Shown here: positions 57,011 through 64,000 of the stretch, one piece after another
Layout of the letters: every line of letters starts with the position of its first letter
Numbering within the stretch: position 1 is the first letter of the stretch
Assembly (NCBI GenBank): GCA_964016885.1
Contig: OZ024753.1
Span: 37,200,001-37,264,000 of the forward strand
Reading direction: 5' to 3'
DNA from: Eledone cirrhosa
Taxonomy: Eukaryota
DNA: 64,000 bases
Position numbers and translations under genes: made by a program
The notes under the pieces: generated by a model
What the model saw: the letters and a program-made list of their open reading frames with translations, nothing else
Told to the model about the DNA's origin: nothing
Databases searched by the model: none

Positions 57011-58506
57011 GAGCATTCATTGTGTCACAGATGTTGAAGAGAAGGTGTCTGTCGTCCATTCAGTCATTTTAGTCTCTGTTGTCGCTGCAGTGGAGAAGAC
57101 CATATTTCTTTTTTATTTGTTTAGTTTGAAAATAGCTTTGTTTATTTTTATTATTTATTTTATTATATTTTAAATTGGATAATTTTTATTTATTTTTTAA
57201 AATATTTTTTTGCAGCATCGATTAATTTTATTTCATGATTTTTTTTTTCAGTTTTTTTTTTTTTCAAAAATATTTGAAAAAAAAACAAAGGATTTGTCAA
57301 TGGCCGAGTGTTGCTGCCAGCCACTAGAAATGTCTTGATGATTTATTTCTTGCAAGTTCATATCATATCACATCATATAATAAAAAAGTCGCGTTGATGA
57401 ACTTTTGGGGGGGAGGGGGAGATTAAAAATAGAAACGAAACGAAATTAAATGAATAGATTGTCAGGGAACTATGCTTCCATTGGTCATTCTATAACTGAT
57501 ATTACTGATTACTATATTTGAACAAGTCTCCTGCATGGCTAAGATCATACGAAATGAATAAAAATAAAAAGGGGTCGAAGACAACAGAAAAAACGGACGA
57601 AACACAGTACAGTCCCTTCTCATCAGTCAACTGCTGGGGCTCCTCGTGATTTCGGATTTTTTTAAGGTCGAACCACTAGCTCCAACGCATATAGGACAGT
57701 AACGAATGGATACAAGACTGAACGATTGCGTGGTGAGGCTTGCTGCTCTGGAGTTTCACCTGGAGAAGCACATCCCTCTTCTGGTCGGATGAGAGCTGAT
57801 TTCTTCCAGAGACAGAAAGAAGGAAGGAAAGAAAATGATCATGAAAACGAGAGAGAGAGAGAGAGAGGGGGGGAGGAGAGAGAGCATCGACGCCTGTTAG
57901 TTTACTTATCGACATCGAAAGGATGAAATGCAAAATTGACCTCGGTGGGGTTTGAACTCAGTGCACAAAAAGCTGGAACTTACACTGAGGCTCCAACGAC
58001 TCTACCAATAGGCCACGCTTCAACGACCATAAATTGGTGAACATATAATTGTATTTAATGTTGTTTTTACATAAGCAAAGGAACCTTAGATTTATATTAT
58101 GGGGAATGAAGATTGATTGAGATTAACCCTTTCCCTAAAGAACAAGAACATTTGTGACCGAAGGGAAGTGATCTTGTTTCAACCGGAAATCGAAACCACA
58201 GCAAGAACCTTTTAACACCAGTCCAGTTATCTCTGTACTATATCACTTGCTATGAGCTTATAACAGTGATTTATAAGATGAGACGTCATTCCACCCTAAC
58301 ATACTACTGTGTGTATGTAGATGTGATAATCAGATTGTAAAATTTGTAACATTATCCTATAACGGGTCCAATCTATTAATGGAAATCATAAATAACGGGT
58401 TCTAAAAAGAATTCAACTAAAGCTGTTGCAATTTGATATATAGGCGCAAGCATCGCTGTGAGGTTAGGAGTTTCGCTTCAACCAAGTGGTTCTGAATTCA
58501 ATCGTA

Positions 58507-58548
<42 letters not shown>

Positions 58549-58552
<4 letters not shown>

Positions 58553-59212
58553 TAAACGGAATAGAAAATGCTGACAAATTGTTCACAGTTGAAAAATGGT
58601 TTAATTAGGAATAAAAGAGTATTAGTGATTGTATGGGTTAGTATTCAGTTGTGGTTTTAAGTTTTTAAGTTTTTACCGGTTGCGCATTTCTAAATGCTTT
58701 TCAAAAATAATTTTGAGATAGAGCGTCCGTGCTGTTTGCTCTGATCTGATTAGTTTTGGGAATTCTACCTGTTTTTATGTTAAAAAAGTGGCTCCAGCGT
58801 TATTTTTGTGTTGCAAAAATGCTTGTGGTCAAAACAATTTTGATTGGTCGGTAGAGGTCATGTGAATGTAAAAAGTTGATTTTGCGCCAAGACTGTTTTT
58901 ATGTTAAAATGTTAAAAAAGTGGCTCCAGCAAAAATTATTGGTCAAAACAATTTTGATTGGTCGGTAGAGGTCATGTGGATAAAAAATTGGTTTTGTGCC
59001 AAGATTGAGAAATGACTCTTTCACAACAAATATGTGTGTGTGTGTGTGTATGTTTGTGTGTGTGTGTTTGTGTGTGTGTAGTAGTAGTAGTAGTAAGGTA
59101 TTCGATGCTGCGACAATGGCCAGCAGCAATCACTAATACTCTTTTATTCCTAATTAAACCATTTTTCAACTGTGAACAATTTGTCAGCATTTTCTATTCC
59201 GTTTACCAATAT
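58549..59212 (-). mobile_element. TA-adjacent pLTR-like element with inverted terminal copy and U3-A8 HHR-like motif (58671-58707)
   Basis: 58549-58631 is inverted at 59127-59209. Minus strand: ttt TTGAAAA gcatt taga aatgc GCAAC cg GTA aaa. Duplicated CCAAT-containing block. Confidence 0.65.
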
Positions 59213-59248
59213 ATAATAACTTGTGTGTTACACCTCTATTCTTTTAAC

Positions 59249-59295
<47 letters not shown>

Positions 59296-59296
59296 A

Positions 59297-59439
59297 GTTA
59301 CCCCTGATTGAACACAGGATAAACTTATCTTTTAGTACTTGCTGTGCCCCTCTTAACTATCACCAAGAAACCAGCGGCTTCCTGATCATTTCTCCCGAAT
59401 GAAACAGTTCTAGTCCTGTAGAAGCCATTTCTATATTAA

Positions 59440-59484
<45 letters not shown>

Positions 59485-59627
59485 GTTACCCCTGATTGAA
59501 CACAGGATAAACTTATCTTTTAGTACTTGCTGTGCCCCTCTTAACCATCACCAAGAAACCAGCGGCTTCCTGGTCATTTCTCCCGAATGAAACAGTTCTA
59601 GTCTTGTAGAAGCCATTTCTAGATTAA

Positions 59628-59640
<13 letters not shown>
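59297..59640 (+). repeat. 188-bp tandem duplication, each unit with a degenerate HHR fold
   Basis: Units at 59297 and 59485. ggcttc CTGATCA tttctcccgaat GAAACAG ttctagtc CTGTA gaagcc. Confidence 0.8.
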
Positions 59641-59665
<25 letters not shown>

Positions 59666-61704
59666 TCTTTAGTACTTTTCTTTGTCTTAACCAGCACCAC
59701 TAAGGCTATGCTGGAGCAGCATCTGTATATCTAATATATTTTCAATTATTTTCAATTTAACAATTACCAGTGAATTACAAATGTTTCAAATTTGACGTCA
59801 AATTCAATTTAGATGCAAGGTCTTGTATAAAATCTGATACGATTCATTAACCTTCAGTTACCCTACGGCTTTTGTCTGCCGTAGAGGGGCTGAAATAAGC
59901 TTGGGTTTCGCGAGGAACCTCCCCGTCCAAGAAATACGATACAGGATCCTATTTTCTTCTTTTATCATGTTTACTCCCACCTCAATACCCTTCTACCTGA
60001 ATGACTGTGTGTGTGAGAGTGTGTGTGTGCTGTGTGTGTGTGTGTTTGTATGTGTTTCTCTCTCTCTCTATCTCTCTTTCTCCCTCTCTGTGCGTGAATG
60101 TGTGTGTCTGTGTTTCTGTGTGTGTGTGTATTTGTGCACGCACACACATATATATATATATGGAGTTATTTCATTTTTTGTACTGGTTTTAGTATCTATC
60201 TATTTATTGGTATTACGCATATACACTCACTCTCATACATACATTCACATACACACACATATTATATATATATACACATACATATGTATATATGTGTATG
60301 TTTATATATATATTATACACGCATGTATATATGTATATATATTCATTTTTTCGACATGTATGTATATATAACATAACATTAAAACTTCTCATTACTTTAC
60401 CTTATAAACTACAGACTTAGAAATCGACGAGGAGTTATAACGTCTGGTTCTAGCCACATCTTATATCCCATTTATATATAACCACACTTGCAGACTAATT
60501 AACCAAATAAAGTCAGAATTCTGTACACTTGATAAAACTATCTTAGGCAATACCATTCGCAAAATAAAACTATGGAATTTTATCACCTCTTTCCTCCTTT
60601 GGATGAACAGCATTGATTATTAAAACTCTCATAAATTCACCTCGTAAAATGTTGAATTTTTTCGACCATATCTGAACCCTTACATTCAAAGCTTTTAACT
60701 TCGCTAGAGACCACATATTTATGATTTGGACATCAAAATTATCCTGCGTACCCGTAAATCACCGCTAGTCTTCGACAAATTGGCGACGGCAATGACACGT
60801 GGATTAAGATGGCCACTATATTAAATTTGACATTCCCATGGGAGATAAAAACACGGCAGAAATTAAAATATGATTGGTCTCTATATTCTATGTACCCTTA
60901 AAATCATTTCACTCGACACGAATGTTGTCTTAATTGTGATGACAGACTCATAATTTCACGCAACGCCAACGGACCAAAATTGAATTAAAGAGAGAACTTA
61001 TTAAAATATTAGGCACCAAGCTTCGCACTGTACACTTCTTGGTTCAAATTCCATCGAGGTCAATTTAGCCTTTAAACCTTTTGATTTCAATTTTTTTTTT
61101 TTAATTAACATTTCAAGAGCAGTGGTGGATTAGCGGAATTGTTAAAGTGTCGGTATTTGATCCGAGTTCAAATCTCGCCTCCTTCTGCGAGGAGTTGTGA
61201 CCCCCTCTCAGGAGTTGAGGCCAGCAAATAGAACGATAGAATCAGTTATAGAATGACCAATGGAAACATTGTTTTCTCGATTTGATATCACGATCGGCTA
61301 CTTTCCTTTTCAGACTTTCATAACTGTTACCATATTCCAGAAAGGTTTTGAAACGAAATTCAGTTGATTTGTCCAGAGATTTCTATGATTACTAAAATAA
61401 TACTGAATATAAGAGAAATTAAGATACATGTCTGTGTGTGTTTGTCGACAGATGTCGTAGATATGAGCAAACTATACCATCACTACCCTAATCTTACTAA
61501 CTTGGACCGTGTGCGAGAACGCTCTCTGGTGTGTTGAACCCCAGGCGCATGACGCCTTATTGTCCCAGCCTGTATATGTGTGTTTGGTGTGTGTCTGTGT
61601 GCGTGCGTGCGCGTGCATGTGCGTATATTTGTGTCTGCGTGTGTGAGTGTTTGCATGTGTTTTAGGGAAGTGTTGAGAAGCTATTAGACTGAGCTGCTGT
61701 GTTT

Positions 61705-62190
61705 GTAATCGTTTTGTCTCTTGGCAGCTATTATATCAGTTTCCTTTATATTTATGTAATTGATGCTTGTATCTTTTTAATGTTGAACAAATCTGTTGAT
61801 TCAGGTATTTGTTTATGCAGCAACGGGAGTGATGAAAATGCCATTGAATTTTTCATTCAGTATTTCACTTACTCAGTGGGGGTCTGCAGTAAGAGATTCA
61901 CTTCCTCCATAACAATGGCCTTATTTTGTGGTGCACAACAGTGACTGTTTCTTTCGCGAAACTGTGGAAAACATTTGGTTTGCTGTTTACGTTTTCTAAA
62001 TCCCAGCTTTCCCTCATTGCTTTCTCATATTCATGATCATATTTTCTTTTATTTTCGATGCTTGTGAGTGACATTTTAAACTGGTTCCTTTCCTTTTTCA
62101 GTTATTTGTTTATTTAAACAATTTGAAATCCTTTTTTCTTCGCCACACGAGAATTTCCCTGTGCCTGGGGATGATATTTCCTTGAACGGC
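61705..62190 (-). pseudogene. Degenerate CR1-like ORF2 linker fragment
   Basis: ENVNSKPNVFHSFAK, KIRPLL, SLTADP..VSEILNEKFNGIFITP, INIKETDIIAA, with frameshifts. Confidence 0.6.
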
Positions 62191-62554
62191 AACGACCTTT
62201 CTCCTTGGTATATATTTAATGCATATAGCTTTCATTAAGTCGGTGAATTGGCAGATTCATTAAACCATCGGTTAGAATGATTCGTGGTATTCGTCCCAGT
62301 TCTCTGTGCTCTGACTTCATTCTTTCGATGTCGACACATAAAGGTTTAGATTCAACAATACTGGTTTCGATTCTTTCTCTTTCTTTGGAAAATTAAAGTG
62401 TGTTTAAAACTGAAGAAGGGATTTAAATGATGAATACATGTTCTATATTATGACGACTCCATCAGGAGTTAAGGCTTGATTGATAGAGATGTGGTAAATT
62501 AAAGAAACCAATTTGTAGTTAATTTTACGTTCGATAAGTTCGAGGATAGTGTTG

Positions 62555-62772
62555 CTTTCTAATTTAGATACAAGGTCAACAATATGTAGGAAGGAGCAAC
62601 GTCGATTATGGCGACCCACGAAAGTGACTAGTGCTTTGTTTTATTAACATCTAAAAGGATGAAGGGTAAAGATAACCACAGTGGGATTTGAACTCAGAAC
62701 ATAAAGAGCCGCATTTAAATGCTGCAAAATATTTCGTCTGACACTCTACCAATTCTGTCAATACGCAACTAC
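62555..62772 (-). mobile_element. Diverged Meta-like SINE
   Basis: gagttcaaatccc B box and cttcatcctttt core on the minus strand. Confidence 0.7.
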
Positions 62773-63299
62773 CTTTGCTTCAAGATTTACAATAAAATAT
62801 AGGGTTTAGGGTAAATAACCTAGTAGGTAGAGTGTTGGGTGATGTGTTGCTCCAGTTAATTCAACTAAGTATGAACGGCAAGGTAACGGTTAGTTCTGTG
62901 AGAGACTGGCGTTCCATCCAGGGGATAGTCTTATAATTTCTGATACCTAACCTCCAAAACGTTCGAGCATAGAGAAATAAACGTAAACAGATAACTAACA
63001 CTTAGGATTCAGAAGCAAAACATTTATAGTTTTATATCAAATTGAAACGTGTAAATGTCCATATAAAGTGAGCATACATATGTGAGGGTGTGTATATATA
63101 TATATATCATATATATATATATATATTTATTTATATATAGAGAGATAGATAGAGACGGGGGCAGGAGAGTGCTGCGAGTTCCGTCATACTGTGCGACACT
63201 TTGAGCAAGCGAATATCATTTAACATTGCCTCAAATTGACTAATACTTTGTGAGTGAAATTTGCTAGTCGGATATAGTGCGTAAGGAGCCCGTTGTACG

Positions 63300-63332
<33 letters not shown>

Positions 63333-63506
63333 TTATATATATATATATAAGGCATATATATATAATTTTAAATGTGAGTTTGTGTGACTGCCTCTTTCCT
63401 CGCTCTATGACGTCGCATGACAACTGCTGTTACAGGAATGCCTATCTGTTTGACATCTGCTTTTCTCTCTCTGTCTCTCTCTCTCTCCCCACAAACATAT
63501 ATACAG

Positions 63507-63572
<66 letters not shown>

Positions 63573-64000
63573 TCCCTTTTTCCTCTCTCTTTCTAACACA
63601 CTTTGTTTGAATCTATGTTCCACTTTCTATTTGCATCGGATTTTTGTTGTTGTTGTTGTTGTTGTTTTCTGTCTCCAGTGTCTTCCATACATAACCAACC
63701 ATTCCCCAATTTTATTAGAAGCCGGCTGTGTTTTCCCCATTAATACCATTTATGCATTCATATTTCTTCTTCTTTACAAGATGGTGTTTTGCTGATTTCA
63801 TTCCTCTAACGCCTTTTCTTAATCCTCCATGTTTTATACACATTCTTTATATTTTATTTTCTTTCATTTCCATCACATTTTTTTAAAGTATTATATATTA
63901 GTTGGGATGATTTTAATAAGGGTTATTATTATTCCTTATCATGGGTTCCTTAGAAAGAATTAGTTAAGGCTGTAGTTAGGGCTGAGTAAAGCTGCGTTGG

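Noticed and set aside
62800-63985. Telomeric TTAGGG repeats
   Set aside because: Only isolated single motifs.

Overview
AT-rich, repeat-saturated eukaryotic DNA. It is most likely an intronic or intergenic cephalopod (Octopus-like) region, inferred from the SINE/LINE families and the huge (TA)n/(CATA)n tracts. I found no convincing host protein-coding exon; almost all long ORFs in the track are microsatellite artefacts. Real coding remnants are all transposon-derived: several R4/Dong-like RLE LINE pieces in or near (CATA)n, a Tx1-like LINE in (GATA)n with a 23-bp TSD, CR1 and RTE fragments, an internally deleted Tc1, a mariner fragment and a Tc1/mariner MITE. There are about 30 tRNA-derived SINE copies, including an 11-copy head-to-tail array. 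The main hidden signal is a set of short (150-500 bp), mutually unrelated islands inside (TA)n tracts. Many carry type I hammerhead ribozyme (HHR) folds: canonical, long-stem-II, and U3-A8 covariant cores. Many share an asymmetric fold-back architecture of one long arm plus an inverted partial copy. This fits Penelope-like pseudo-LTR or retrozyme-like elements that target TA microsatellites. A 1.35-kb near-perfect genomic palindrome is also present. All pairings were checked by eye, not computed.
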